Virus record (IMG/VR): IMGVR_UViG_3300020216_000022
Coordinates: 1-34,321 of that record
DNA: 34,321 nt
DNA from: a virus
Lineage: Duplodnaviria; Caudoviricetes
Direction: 5' to 3' (one strand)
Shown: piece by piece, positions 17,332-27,300 of the stretch
How positions within the stretch are numbered: the stretch's first letter is position 1
Layout of the letters: every line of letters starts with the position of its first letter
Notes under the pieces: model-generated
The model's database searches: none
What the model was told of the DNA's origin: nothing
Seen by the model: the letters and a program-made list of their open reading frames with translations, nothing else
Program-made: the position numbers and the translations under genes

Positions 17332-17956
17332 AAATGGGCAACATCCGCAACTATTTAGAGAACCTAATAAACATTTACAAAATTTGTCTCAATCGATTAT
17401 CGACGAGGTATTGTCTGACGCCCAAGAAACAGCTATGAACTCAGAAGAAGATGTTGAGGTTAAACGAATGCCTCAATACTTACAAGTAACTCAATCAAGA
17501 ATGGCAAAGAAAGGTACAATAGATTTAAAACCTTTCTTTGCACGTTCTTCTAAGAAAAAGTTTAATAAACAAGGACAATGGTATTTAACTATTCCAATTC
17601 GTAAAAAGACTAGAGATATGCCTAGAAGGTCTTACGATAAGCTAAGGAACATGCCTCAATCCAATAAGCCTGTTACTGTAAATTTAGACTATTTATACGA
17701 TAGAAGAAAGTCTAGTTCTCCTTCTGTTTCTAAAATGAACTATAAACCGAAGTCTAACAATATTACAGTAATACCTGAACAATATGGCGAAGGCAAAAGA
17801 AATACCTATGTAGCTTTTAGAACAGTATCAGCCAATTCACCAGCCAATAGTTGGATAATCAATCGAAGTAATGTAAATCAAGACGATATGAGTAAAACAC
17901 TACTGGAAAATATCAATCGTTTAATGAAGTATAAACTAAAGACATTAGGGAGGTAA
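17324..17956 (+). CDS. basic neck/tail-completion-region protein
   Basis: 210 aa with WYLTIPIR and YVAFRTVS..SP..SWI; synteny. Confidence 0.7.
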   Translation: MARNGQHPQLFREPNKHLQNLSQSIIDEVLSDAQETAMNSEEDVEVKRMPQYLQVTQSRMAKKGTIDLKPFFARSSKKKFNKQGQWYLTIPIRKKTRDMPRRSYDKLRNMPQSNKPVTVNLDYLYDRRKSSSPSVSKMNYKPKSNNITVIPEQYGEGKRNTYVAFRTVSANSPANSWIINRSNVNQDDMSKTLLENINRLMKYKLKTLGR

Positions 17957-17960
17957 CTAA

Positions 17961-18839
17961 ATGATTCAAAGCATAGACACTTATCTTTATGATGAAGTTA
18001 AATCTCGTCTAGAAGTCATTTTAAGTGAGTGCTATATTATAGACGAAGCTTTGAAGGGTATTGATTTAGAGGCAAAAAATGCCTTTAAAGAGGCATATAC
18101 AGGTCCTAATAAAAAAGAAATTCCAGTGACCTATGAAATGCCTCAAACCAAAAATTCCTTTGATGCTCGATATGTGATTTCTCTTGGTGGAGCAAGTGAA
18201 ACAAATAAATCTCTTGGAGGAATCCAAGGCGACTATAGTACCCGAGAAGTGGAAACAATCCAAGAAATTGTGGAAGTTAAACAAGCAAAAGACAGATTGT
18301 ACTTTGATACTTCAAAACCAGTCGGAATGTATTATGGAAGTGAAGACATTAGTTTCTCTTCTCAAGACGACTTTCAAGTAAAAGATGGGGTTGCTTCTTT
18401 TTTGTTAAAAAACAATGAACATTGTTTAGATAACCAATACCTAATTAGTTATACAAGTCAAACGGATGAAGAAGATGTATTTGGTACATATCAGGGAACC
18501 ATGATGAACGAGAGTGTAGGTATCGTAGGGATTAGCCATAATATGGATGTTGCTCGTTGTTTAGACGCAATTTTAAAAATGATTTTAATTACAATGAGAG
18601 ATTCCTTGGAAGAAAAAAATGGCTTGGCCTTACAAACCGTAGAGTTTGCTGATTTACAACCTGTTGTAACAAATGGGGATATGCAAGTCTTTGGAAGACC
18701 TTGTACAATAAGATACCAAATTACAAATAGTGTCAGTTTTGATATTAAAAAAAGAGTCAATGAAATCATTGCTCGTGTAAATAATGAGGAGGTTTATCAT
18801 GGCAAACGAGAAGAAAGAGAAAGCCACAAAAACACATAG
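17961..18839 (+). CDS. putative tail terminator/completion protein
   Basis: 292 aa, RBS GGGAGG, located before the sheath. Confidence 0.65.
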   Translation: MIQSIDTYLYDEVKSRLEVILSECYIIDEALKGIDLEAKNAFKEAYTGPNKKEIPVTYEMPQTKNSFDARYVISLGGASETNKSLGGIQGDYSTREVETIQEIVEVKQAKDRLYFDTSKPVGMYYGSEDISFSSQDDFQVKDGVASFLLKNNEHCLDNQYLISYTSQTDEEDVFGTYQGTMMNESVGIVGISHNMDVARCLDAILKMILITMRDSLEEKNGLALQTVEFADLQPVVTNGDMQVFGRPCTIRYQITNSVSFDIKKRVNEIIARVNNEEVYHGKREERESHKNT

Positions 18840-19053
18840 TAACAAGCAAGAAAAAATTCATAACAATAAACAACCTACCCAAAAAGGGTATGCACATATT
18901 GATACATTTTTAGACACTGCCATTCCATGGTTTGGTTTAACACAGTATCAAGTGCCTGGATTTAAAGCTTATATGCAAGGCAAGTTTTACCAAAAAACTG
19001 AGAAGGATTTTATCCCTTACTTAGAAAAGTATTTAGGTAGGAATTTAAAGTAA
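18799..19053 (+). CDS. small conserved hypothetical protein
   Basis: RBS GAGGAGG supports ATG18799; HIDTFL..A...GFKAYM.G motif. Confidence 0.7.
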   Translation: MANEKKEKATKTHSNKQEKIHNNKQPTQKGYAHIDTFLDTAIPWFGLTQYQVPGFKAYMQGKFYQKTEKDFIPYLEKYLGRNLK

Positions 19054-19073
19054 GAAAGGAAGATAAATGACAC

Positions 19074-20792
19074 ATGGCAGTTGAACAATTCCCGAGAAAT
19101 AGGATTTCTCGTCCGCATACTGAGATAAATGTAGATACGTCAGGAATCGGTGGAAGTTCTTCTAGTTCTGAAAAAGTATTGATGTTAGCAGGTTCTGCTA
19201 AAGGTGGCGCCCCTGACACAGTATATAAAGTAAGAAACTTCCAAGAAGCACAACGGGTATTCCGTTCAGGAGATTTGTTAGATGCAATTGAACTTGCATG
19301 GAATCCAGATACGGAAGGCACAAGTGCCGGAGATATCTTAGCACTTCGTGTTGAAGATGCTGAAAACGCTAAGTTAGAACAAGGTGGATTAACCTTTGAG
19401 TCTAAACTATATGGTAATGAAGCAAATGATATCCAAGTATCTTTAACAGATAACGATTTAACAGATACAAAAAGACTACAAGTTGTTTTCCCTAAAGAAC
19501 GTTACTCGAAAACATATGATAATTTAGGAAAAATCTTTTCAATTGAGTATACAGGAAGTGAAGCTCAAGCAGCCTTTTCTGTAGAAGAAAACAAAGATAC
19601 AAAAAGAGTAGAACGACTAGTTCTTAAGACTGGTCCTAGCTCTGGTGATGGTGAAGGTGACCTTGAAGAAGAAACTTCATTTAAACTAGGCGAAGGTGTC
19701 TATGAAGACGCAAACGTACTAATTGCTGAAATTAATAACTTACCTGATTGGAAAGCAAAATTCTTCCCAATTGGAGATAAAAACGTTCAAACTTCAACAT
19801 TCGAACCTGTCGAAGATAAAGATGCTAAACAAGAAGAAAGCTATGTTGAAGCTTTAGGTGGAGACATTCAAAAACAATTAGCTTATAACGAATACGTAAC
19901 TGTAACAGTGGATACAAGTAAAGATATTGCAAACTTCTCCTTGTCTAACTTAGAAGGCGGAACAGATGGTATTACACCTACGTCATGGGCAGATAAGTTT
20001 AAGCAGTTTGCTAATGAAGGTGGATTTTATTTGGTTCCATTGTCTGATAAACCTTCGGTTCATGCAGAAGCACTGTCTTTTGTCAATGACCGTACAGATA
20101 TTGGTGAACCAATGCGGATTATTGTAGGTGGCGGAACAGGAGAATCTATTGAAGAAATGATTACTCGTGCAACAAACCTACGCGACCCTCGCGCAGCTGT
20201 ATTTGGCATGAGTGGTTCCCGTCGTATGGACAATGGTCAAATCAAACGACTTCCCGCATATTTACTTGCAGCTCAAGCAGGTGGACTTGCGGCAGGTCTA
20301 GAAATTGGCGAATCACTTACATTCAAACATTTCAATATCACTCAATTAGACCGTATCTTTGAAGGTTCACAATTGGATATGCTAAACGAATCAGGTGTTA
20401 TTGGATTAGAATATGTACGTAACCGTACGAATACTTTCTTTAGAATTGTACAAGATGTTACAACGTACAATGACCCAACAGAGCCTGTTCGAAACGAGAT
20501 GAGTGTAGGAGAATCAAACGATTTCTTAGTTTCTGAGTTGAAGATTAAATTAGACAAGGAATACATTGGCACAAAAGTGGTTAATTCAAGTGCAAGCTTG
20601 ATTAAAAACTTTGTTCAATCTTACTTAGATGAAAAGAAACGTCGTGATGAAATTCAAGACTATTCCCCAGAAGAAGTGCAAGTTATTCTTGATGGTGATG
20701 TAGCTATGATTAGTATGATGATTCAACCAGTACGTAGCTTGAACAAAATTGTTGTTAACCTACGTTATGAACAACAAGTTCTTACTGCTTAA
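19074..20792 (+). CDS. tail sheath protein
   Basis: 572 aa; FPR..ISRPHTEI.VDTSGIGG, FRSGDLLDAIELAW and FRIVQDVTTYN. Confidence 0.93.
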   Translation: MAVEQFPRNRISRPHTEINVDTSGIGGSSSSSEKVLMLAGSAKGGAPDTVYKVRNFQEAQRVFRSGDLLDAIELAWNPDTEGTSAGDILALRVEDAENAKLEQGGLTFESKLYGNEANDIQVSLTDNDLTDTKRLQVVFPKERYSKTYDNLGKIFSIEYTGSEAQAAFSVEENKDTKRVERLVLKTGPSSGDGEGDLEEETSFKLGEGVYEDANVLIAEINNLPDWKAKFFPIGDKNVQTSTFEPVEDKDAKQEESYVEALGGDIQKQLAYNEYVTVTVDTSKDIANFSLSNLEGGTDGITPTSWADKFKQFANEGGFYLVPLSDKPSVHAEALSFVNDRTDIGEPMRIIVGGGTGESIEEMITRATNLRDPRAAVFGMSGSRRMDNGQIKRLPAYLLAAQAGGLAAGLEIGESLTFKHFNITQLDRIFEGSQLDMLNESGVIGLEYVRNRTNTFFRIVQDVTTYNDPTEPVRNEMSVGESNDFLVSELKIKLDKEYIGTKVVNSSASLIKNFVQSYLDEKKRRDEIQDYSPEEVQVILDGDVAMISMMIQPVRSLNKIVVNLRYEQQVLTA

Positions 20793-20808
20793 AATACACA
20801 CATAACCG

Positions 20809-20896
20809 TGTGAGAGCCGTGGGAGATCTTATGAAAATAAACAAAGGGCAATTGTACCTAGGTGCCTTTAAAGGGGTCTTCCGCGGGGTTCTCATA
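20809..20896. other. GC-rich branched stem-loop between sheath and tube genes
   Basis: TGAGAGC/GTTCTCA, CCGTGGGAGAT/GTCTTCCGCGG and AAAGGGCA/TGCCTTT pairings, with several G-U pairs. Confidence 0.65.
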
Positions 20897-20942
20897 TTTA
20901 GACAAAATAGATAGATAGACATAGTTAGGAGTTGAAACCTGA

Positions 20943-21365
20943 ATGGCAAGTGTTACAAACCAATCCGTTCATACTGGTAATACGGTCTATATAATGATTG
21001 GAAATAAAGTCATTGGTCGGGCGCAGTCCTTATCAGGTGAGCGTGAATTCGGAACTGAAGGGATATATGAAATTGGTTCTATTATGCCTCAAGAACACGT
21101 TCAGCTAAGATATGAGGGTACACTAACCTTAGAACGTTTCCGTATGAAAAAAGAAGACTTAGAAAGTTTAGGATTTGCTTCTCTAGGAGAAGATATTCTA
21201 CAAAAAGATATTATTGATATAGTTCTTATGGATAATCAGTCAAAACAAGTAGTGGTCGCCTATCGAGGTTGTACCTTTACTAGTTACTCTGAATCTGTGG
21301 ACGCTAACGAAATTCTTTCTGAATCAGCTGAGATTACTTACTTAACCTCCTCGAAAGTATCGTAA
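20943..21365 (+). CDS. tail tube protein
   Basis: MASVTNQSVHTGNTVY...GRAQS...FGTEGIYEIGSIMPQEHV.LRYEG; follows the sheath. Confidence 0.92.
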   Translation: MASVTNQSVHTGNTVYIMIGNKVIGRAQSLSGEREFGTEGIYEIGSIMPQEHVQLRYEGTLTLERFRMKKEDLESLGFASLGEDILQKDIIDIVLMDNQSKQVVVAYRGCTFTSYSESVDANEILSESAEITYLTSSKVS

Positions 21366-21374
21366 TTTTAAATT

Positions 21375-21408
21375 TAGGAGCTCATTTTTGTGAGTTCCTA
21401 TTTTTTTT
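21375..21408 (+). terminator. intrinsic terminator
   Basis: TAGGAGCTCA-TTTTTG-TGAGTTCCTA followed by T8. Confidence 0.88.
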
Positions 21409-21419
21409 ACAAAAAAGTA

Positions 21420-21696
21420 TTGACTTTAGTTAAAGTTTAGGCTATACTTTAGTTGTAGTTGATACGGAAAAACTTTAACAAAATGTTTAATAAGTTAAGA
21501 AAACTAAAAAAAAGAAACATTCATCTATATATTGTGTACGATTATTCTATTAACTTATACCATATTGTTTAGTTGGACTGTAAAACTATAGTGAATACTA
21601 ATTTTTTCATATACTTGAACAATTCTTTAGGTAACTTGTCCCAGTACCTAAGGAAAAAGGAGAAAAGCGATGGAAAAACTTTTCTCCTTTTTTTTT
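21420..21696 (+). ncRNA. candidate sRNA cassette 1 (promoter, ~240-nt transcript, terminator)
   Basis: TTGACT-17-TATACT (21420-21448); no ORF in the track; terminator AAAAAGGAGAAAAG/CTTTTCTCCTTTTT ending at 21696. Confidence 0.6.
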
Positions 21697-21707
21697 ATAA
21701 AAAAGTA

Positions 21708-21903
21708 TTGACTTATTTTTGGAATATGTTATACTAAAAATTGTAGCGGGGAACAGAACACAGTAACTAAGAATTAACCTCTTTTCTATTTATATAATTT
21801 TTACATGCTTTTCATGTATTCTTCCTAACTAAAAGTAATACTGTTCCTCGTTACCCTTTCTTTTATTTTAACCATCTAGTATTTAGACTAGGTGGTTTTT
21901 TTT
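21708..21903 (+). ncRNA. candidate sRNA cassette 2 (~160 nt)
   Basis: TTGACT-16-TATACT with TG. 5' GTAGCGGGGAACAG pairs with CTGTTCCTCGTTAC (21841-21854). Terminator AACCATCTAGT/ACTAGGTGGTT plus T-tract. Confidence 0.65.
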
Positions 21904-21914
21904 GTATTTAATGA

Positions 21915-22114
21915 TTGACGTGGATAGCCACTTATGCTATACTTTAGTAGAAGTCATATAGGAACGGAAATTCCTGTGGCTCTAGGGTTAAAATAAAAAC
22001 TAAGGACAAATTGGTCTTTAAAAGAATTTTAAGGATACAATTATTTTTAGGTTTTTCTTTCGGTAACTTTTGCTAACTAGTAATCAACCAACATTTTTGA
22101 GGTGTTGGTTTTTT
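21915..22114 (+). ncRNA. candidate sRNA cassette 3 (~165 nt)
   Basis: TTGACG-17-TATACT with TG; 5' hairpin ATAGGAA/TTCCTGT; terminator AACCAACA/TGTTGGTT plus T-tract. Confidence 0.6.
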
Positions 22115-22127
22115 GCTTATTTTAAGG

Positions 22128-22156
22128 TTGACATTTAACCTATAATAGTATATAAT
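22128..22156 (+). promoter_or_regulatory. perfect-consensus sigma-A promoter
   Basis: TTGACA-17 nt-TATAAT. Confidence 0.85.
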
Positions 22157-22188
22157 TATCGTATAATAAGAAAAAAGGAGAGGATATA

Positions 22189-23043
22189 ATGGCTGAAAAA
22201 GTAAAAGCTAAAATGCCAAATGTATTAAAGAAAATGAGTGAAAAAGATATAGACTACTGGTTTGACAGGTATGATTGTAAGCCAATTGAAAAACCTAGAA
22301 ATTTTGTTAAAAAAGTAAAAGTTTATTTTACAAGAGGAACTTATGAAGGACATTATGGAGAGCTGTCTTTACAAAGTATATATAATAAAGAATTACAAAA
22401 ACAGCATGGAAAGGACGTAAGTAAAACATTTCCAATTCGTTGCTTGCTTATTGATGAACAGTATCGCTTTGTAAAAGACTTTGCATTTCTTTATGGTTAT
22501 AAGGTGTTGGGCTTTCCAAATGCTGATGTTTTAAAAGACCCAATTACAAATAAAACAGAAATTGTCGTTGAAAATCCTCTAGGCCAAGTACGTACAACAG
22601 GGTATAATAACTTGCAGTGTTCTATTTTCCAAGCAAAAAGAAGAAGAAAAGAACATAAGCTTCCTCTAGTAGAAAGAAACCAAAAGAAGTTAGAGGAGTG
22701 GGCAGACTACTATAACATAGAGCTACATGATAGTTACACAAGTTTTAAAGGAAAAATTAAAGGAGAATTCAATGAAAGAGACCTAAAAGGTTTGGAATTT
22801 ATTGTTCCATGGCAAAGTATTTATAATTTTAGAAAACCGACTTTTAACTCTTATACAGAAGAATCTAAGGAAGATTATCTTATGAATATAGTGTTTAAGA
22901 TTGGTGGGGATCCAATCGAAATTTACCCAGGAAATTATCTATCCGATTCTAGAGCGAAGTTTATTAGTCGTTCTGGAAAAGAACGATTTATTGACGGAGA
23001 ATCTCTCCAACGAGAACTGAAAACTAATAGACCTAAGACCTAA
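22189..23043 (+). CDS. basic hypothetical protein with internal repeats (possible DNA-binding modules)
   Basis: RBS AAGGAGAGG. Two similar segments, DYWFDRYD...QSIYN and EEWADYYN...QSIYN. Confidence 0.7.
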   Translation: MAEKVKAKMPNVLKKMSEKDIDYWFDRYDCKPIEKPRNFVKKVKVYFTRGTYEGHYGELSLQSIYNKELQKQHGKDVSKTFPIRCLLIDEQYRFVKDFAFLYGYKVLGFPNADVLKDPITNKTEIVVENPLGQVRTTGYNNLQCSIFQAKRRRKEHKLPLVERNQKKLEEWADYYNIELHDSYTSFKGKIKGEFNERDLKGLEFIVPWQSIYNFRKPTFNSYTEESKEDYLMNIVFKIGGDPIEIYPGNYLSDSRAKFISRSGKERFIDGESLQRELKTNRPKT

Positions 23044-23165
23044 GACCTAAGTTCCATAGGCTTAGGTCTATTTTTAAGTAAAAATTATGAACTTCTTTAT
23101 ATGGTATAATTAAAGGTAGAACTATTATATTACTTAATGAGACCAACTCTAGGAGGTAACAAATT

Positions 23166-23642
23166 TTGGCAGATAATGAACATGTAACACCAAAAACTGA
23201 AGAACAGAAAAAACGTGAGGAAATCATTGCAAAAAGAGACAATGGTGAAAAGCTCACAGAAGAAGATATTAATTACTTAAAGTATTACCAAGAAAAAGAT
23301 GAAAATGAGCAAATTGATAGAATTATTCGCGGCGTAAATGATGTTTTTGAAAAACACTACGACTTTCAAGAAGAATGGAAGATTGAATTTGATATTGCAA
23401 TAAAAGCACCCAATGCATTAGAACAAGGTAAGATTCAGGCTCGAAGAGAAGCTTATTTGGAAGGTATGGGATTAGCTGTTTCTCCTTTTATTTACCAATG
23501 CTATCAAACATTAGCAACCATTCGGGTATGCGGTACAAAAATCCCTAAAGAACTAGCACGTGATGAAGATATCTATAACTTAAATGTTTTATACCGAATT
23601 GGTCAGGATTATGGTCACTGGCTAAACTCCTTTCGCCTCTGA
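23166..23642 (+). CDS. tail assembly chaperone (short form)
   Basis: TTG start after AGGAGG; located two genes before the tape measure; ends TCC TTT CGC CTC TGA. Confidence 0.75.
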   Translation: MADNEHVTPKTEEQKKREEIIAKRDNGEKLTEEDINYLKYYQEKDENEQIDRIIRGVNDVFEKHYDFQEEWKIEFDIAIKAPNALEQGKIQARREAYLEGMGLAVSPFIYQCYQTLATIRVCGTKIPKELARDEDIYNLNVLYRIGQDYGHWLNSFRL

Positions 23643-24297
23643 TATTAGTGAATTAGGAGGTCCAAAGGGTTTAGCTAGAACACGATATAGCCGAAATCTT
23701 TGGGCTTTGATGAAAGAGTTTAAGGTTCTTCCTACAGACGAAAGATTTAAATCTTTAACCAATGAGCAAATTGAATGGATTTGGGCAAGCATGGAACGAG
23801 ATGCTGTTGAAGCTGAACGTATTCGTAAAGGCAAAAATCCTAATATGGAATATGAAGACTTTGATGATTCTTGGTTGAATGAAGATCATGAAAATTGGAA
23901 TCCTGTTCGTGATGATCATGATGAAGCAAATATTGCTAAACAGGTGAAAAACATTACCAGTGATGAAGATATGGCTCGTTTGAAAGCTCGTTGGGAAAAA
24001 ATGGAAGAAGCTGAATCAGAATACAAAGAAGCAGGTTCAACCATTGAAGAAGATAGCATTAATGACTATATTAGTAACAGAATCAAGGAAGTTCAAGAAG
24101 AAGCTAAACGCGTAGAAAAACACTTAGGAAACGACCCGGATTCTAATGAACTTCAAGAAAAACATAAAAATTCTGACTATCAACCAAAACTTCAAAAAGG
24201 TGATATCAGTAAAGCGATCAACCTCTTTGAAGGAACAGCAACCACAGATGAGTCAGGAGACGAACTACCATCTCAAGATGACGATTTTGAAATCTAA
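23632..24297 (+). CDS. tail assembly chaperone C-terminal extension (+1 frameshift product)
   Basis: The +1 frame is open from just after TAA 23623-23625: FASDISELGGPKGLARTRYSRNLWALMKEFKVLPTDERF... There is no good RBS at 23707. Confidence 0.7.
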   Translation, partial: FASDISELGGPKGLARTRYSRNLWALMKEFKVLPTDERFKSLTNEQIEWIWASMERDAVEAERIRKGKNPNMEYEDFDDSWLNEDHENWNPVRDDHDEANIAKQVKNITSDEDMARLKARWEKMEEAESEYKEAGSTIEEDSINDYISNRIKEVQEEAKRVEKHLGNDPDSNELQEKHKNSDYQPKLQKGDISKAINLFEGTATTDESGDELPSQDDDFEI

Positions 24298-24319
24298 AGG
24301 AAAGGAGGAATATACATAA

Positions 24320-27300
24320 TTGGCAAACGAAAACTTTCGATTTTTTGTTGAAGCAGGTACAGAAGATGCTGCAAACAAACTAAAAGAACTCGATAAAATC
24401 ATGGACCGAATTGATTCTCGTGCAAATAAGGGAACAGCAAACTTCATGAATACAACTTCTAAGGATGTAGATAAAACTGTTGCAGACATGCAAAGAATGC
24501 TAGACCTTAGAAAGCAGTTAAATAAAGAATTTAATAAAAATGTTGGACAAGCCAATAACAAAGGCGATACTGAAGCTTTGAATAAAAACCTTGGTACCAT
24601 GAAAGAAATGAATAAAGAGTACCAAAAGGCACAAAAACAAGCGCAAAAATTGTATTCCATGGAATCTGGTAAGGGAAAAGCAAATAATGCTTCTATTAAA
24701 GAACAAAAAGCTTTCCAAAGTGAAATTAGTGAATCTCAAAAACGAATTAAGTCCATGAAAGCTGATCTATCTGATATTAAAAATCAGTCTTCTCGGATGA
24801 ATCGTTCAGTAAACAATGCTACTTCAACAGGAAGAATGACTTACAAGGAATCTCAAAGACTCAAAGGGGACCTGAATGTGGGGAAACGTGCATCAGATCT
24901 TAGAGATAAAATTAATTCAAGAAGAGAAACCCTTCAAGGTCAACTAAGAAAAGATAGAAGTCAGTTAACCAATGTTCGAGAAAACGCTAGTCAAGCAAAA
25001 CCTGGTTCTCAACAATCTCGTATTTGGAAAAATGAAGAATCTGCTATTTTAGATAGAATTAACAATACCCAAAAAGAGATTGAACAAATTAAAAATGCTA
25101 GTGACGAATTAGGTCGTTTATCCAAACAAGCTGAAAGTGCTAGAAAAAAAATGGACAGCTCGGATGTTAAAGTAGACGCTGAACGAGGAACAGCTAAAGG
25201 ATTTATGCAAGCAAGAGCACCCGCAATTGCTATGAATGCTATAGGTTCTGTCGCAACTGTTGGAGGTGGACTGTACGCTAAAGGGAAACAAGCTTCAGAC
25301 CAAATGAGAGAACCTTCAATTTCTCTAGGACAGCGTACAGGAAACTCAGACTTTCGTGCTATGAGACGGCAAATGCAGGAAATGGGAACCGAACGTTCCA
25401 TGGGGTATAAAGGCGCAGACATGCTTCAATTCCAAGATGACGTTGTCTCTAATATGGGTTACACAAATAATGAAGACATGACAAATACTACAAGAGCCTT
25501 AGCTGAAGGTTCAAGAGCTGTTCCAGTTGATAATGAATCCTTAAGTGACTTCATGAATAGTACTATGAGAAATGGTTCTATTTCTGGCGGAGACCAAGCC
25601 AAAGAAATTCAACAAGCTTTCCTAGGTGCTATTAAACAAAGTGGCATGGAAGGTCGTGAACAAGAGCAAATTGATGCTTTAAACCAAATCCAGGAATCTG
25701 CTTTTAGTGGGCGTCAAGGTTCTCAAGCTGAATTGAATAACTTAATGGCTATGCAATCCATGTTAGCAGACACAGGGAATCGCTCCGTTCAAGGTGAAAA
25801 AGGCGCCCAAATGATGTCTGGATTAGATGAAGGCTTCCAAAACGCTATTGATGATCCTCAAATGCGTTTGATATTCGGCGCAGGTCAAGGTGAATATCAA
25901 GGTATGGAAGGGCGCTATAAGTTACGTGAAAGACTTGAGGAAGGCTTATCAAACCCTGAAAATACTAATGATCTTATGGATGCAGCTAAAACATTTGGTG
26001 GGGATACTGAAGAAGGTCAAAAAGAGGCTTTTATTGACTTTGCAGATAAAATGGGTGCTGATGTAAGTACTGACCAAGCGACTGCTGTTTTTGATATGAT
26101 GAAGAAAAATGGTGGAAGTCTTACTGAGAAACAGCTTAAGAAAGTTTTGAAAGATAATGAAGACTCAGGAGAAGATCAATACAGTAAGAATCTAGAAGAC
26201 TACAAGGATTCTCCGGAATCTGCCCGTAATCAGTCAGAAGCTGTAACTGAAAAACAAGCAACAGGTATTGCTGACCCAATAGCGGATACTATTGCTAAGG
26301 TTAATTCTAGCATGGGAGGGCTTCCTCCAGTTCTTTATGCGGCAATAGGTGCTGTAACTGCTTTTACAGGAACAATGCTTACGTCTATGGCTCAAATGAA
26401 AACTGCTGAATGGATGAACACTAAAGGTCAGGGTACTTTTAATAACCAGAAAAATCCAGGCAATAATAATAACCAGAAAAATCCAGGTGGTAACAGCACT
26501 AAAACAGCAACAACTGTAGGAAAGAATGTTGGTAAGCAGTATGTTGAAAATGGTAGACCTGCAACAAAACCTACAACTCCTAACACAAGCCCTTCTACTC
26601 CGGGGACAAGTCCGGGGTTCTTCCAAACAGTTAAGGACAAATTTAATATGGGGAAACAAACAGAAGGTATTAAAGGCGGTGTTGAGTCTGCTGTAAATGG
26701 TGGCAAGGAATTTTTAGGCAATAGCAACAAAATGGGAAACTTAACGAATAAAATGCCTAAAGGCACAAATCAATTTTTGAAAAACATTAAAGGCGGAGGA
26801 GCTTTTGCAGGGTTCTTCGGCATGATGGATGTTGTTAATGCTATGAATGCTGAAAAAGGAGAGAAGTCTAACCAGCTTGCAAGTGGTTTAACCAGTACGG
26901 CTACCGCTTTTGGTGTAGGTGGACTTCCTGGATTCCTTGCAGCCCCTGTATTTGGTGAAGCTGCTGATATGGGCGTTCAAGGTATTAAAGATATTGGAAA
27001 TATTTTAACAGGTCCAGACGAAGATTCAGGTATGACTTGGAAGCAAAACCTCCAAAAAACAATGGCTGACCATCAACAAAGGATTGATGATTCTAGCTGG
27101 TTTGAAGACCCCATAGAGAAGGCTGCTGTAGGTGGTTGGAATATGACTTTAGGTAATATACCAGGGCTATCTACTGATGAAATAAAAGAAAAGAATTATC
27201 AGAAATCTCAAGCAGAACCCAATGTTGGGGAAGAAATTGAGGAAGAAGATGACAATAGTCCAGGATTCTGGAGTAAAGCTTGGGGTGGAGTTAAAGACTT

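Noticed and set aside
21420-22114. tRNA genes in the ORF-free region
   Set aside because: No cloverleaf or T-loop GTTCGA signature was found by eye.
26441-26487. 20-bp tandem repeat in the tape measure gene
   Set aside because: Simple in-frame slippage duplication (NNQKNPG x2) in a low-complexity linker.
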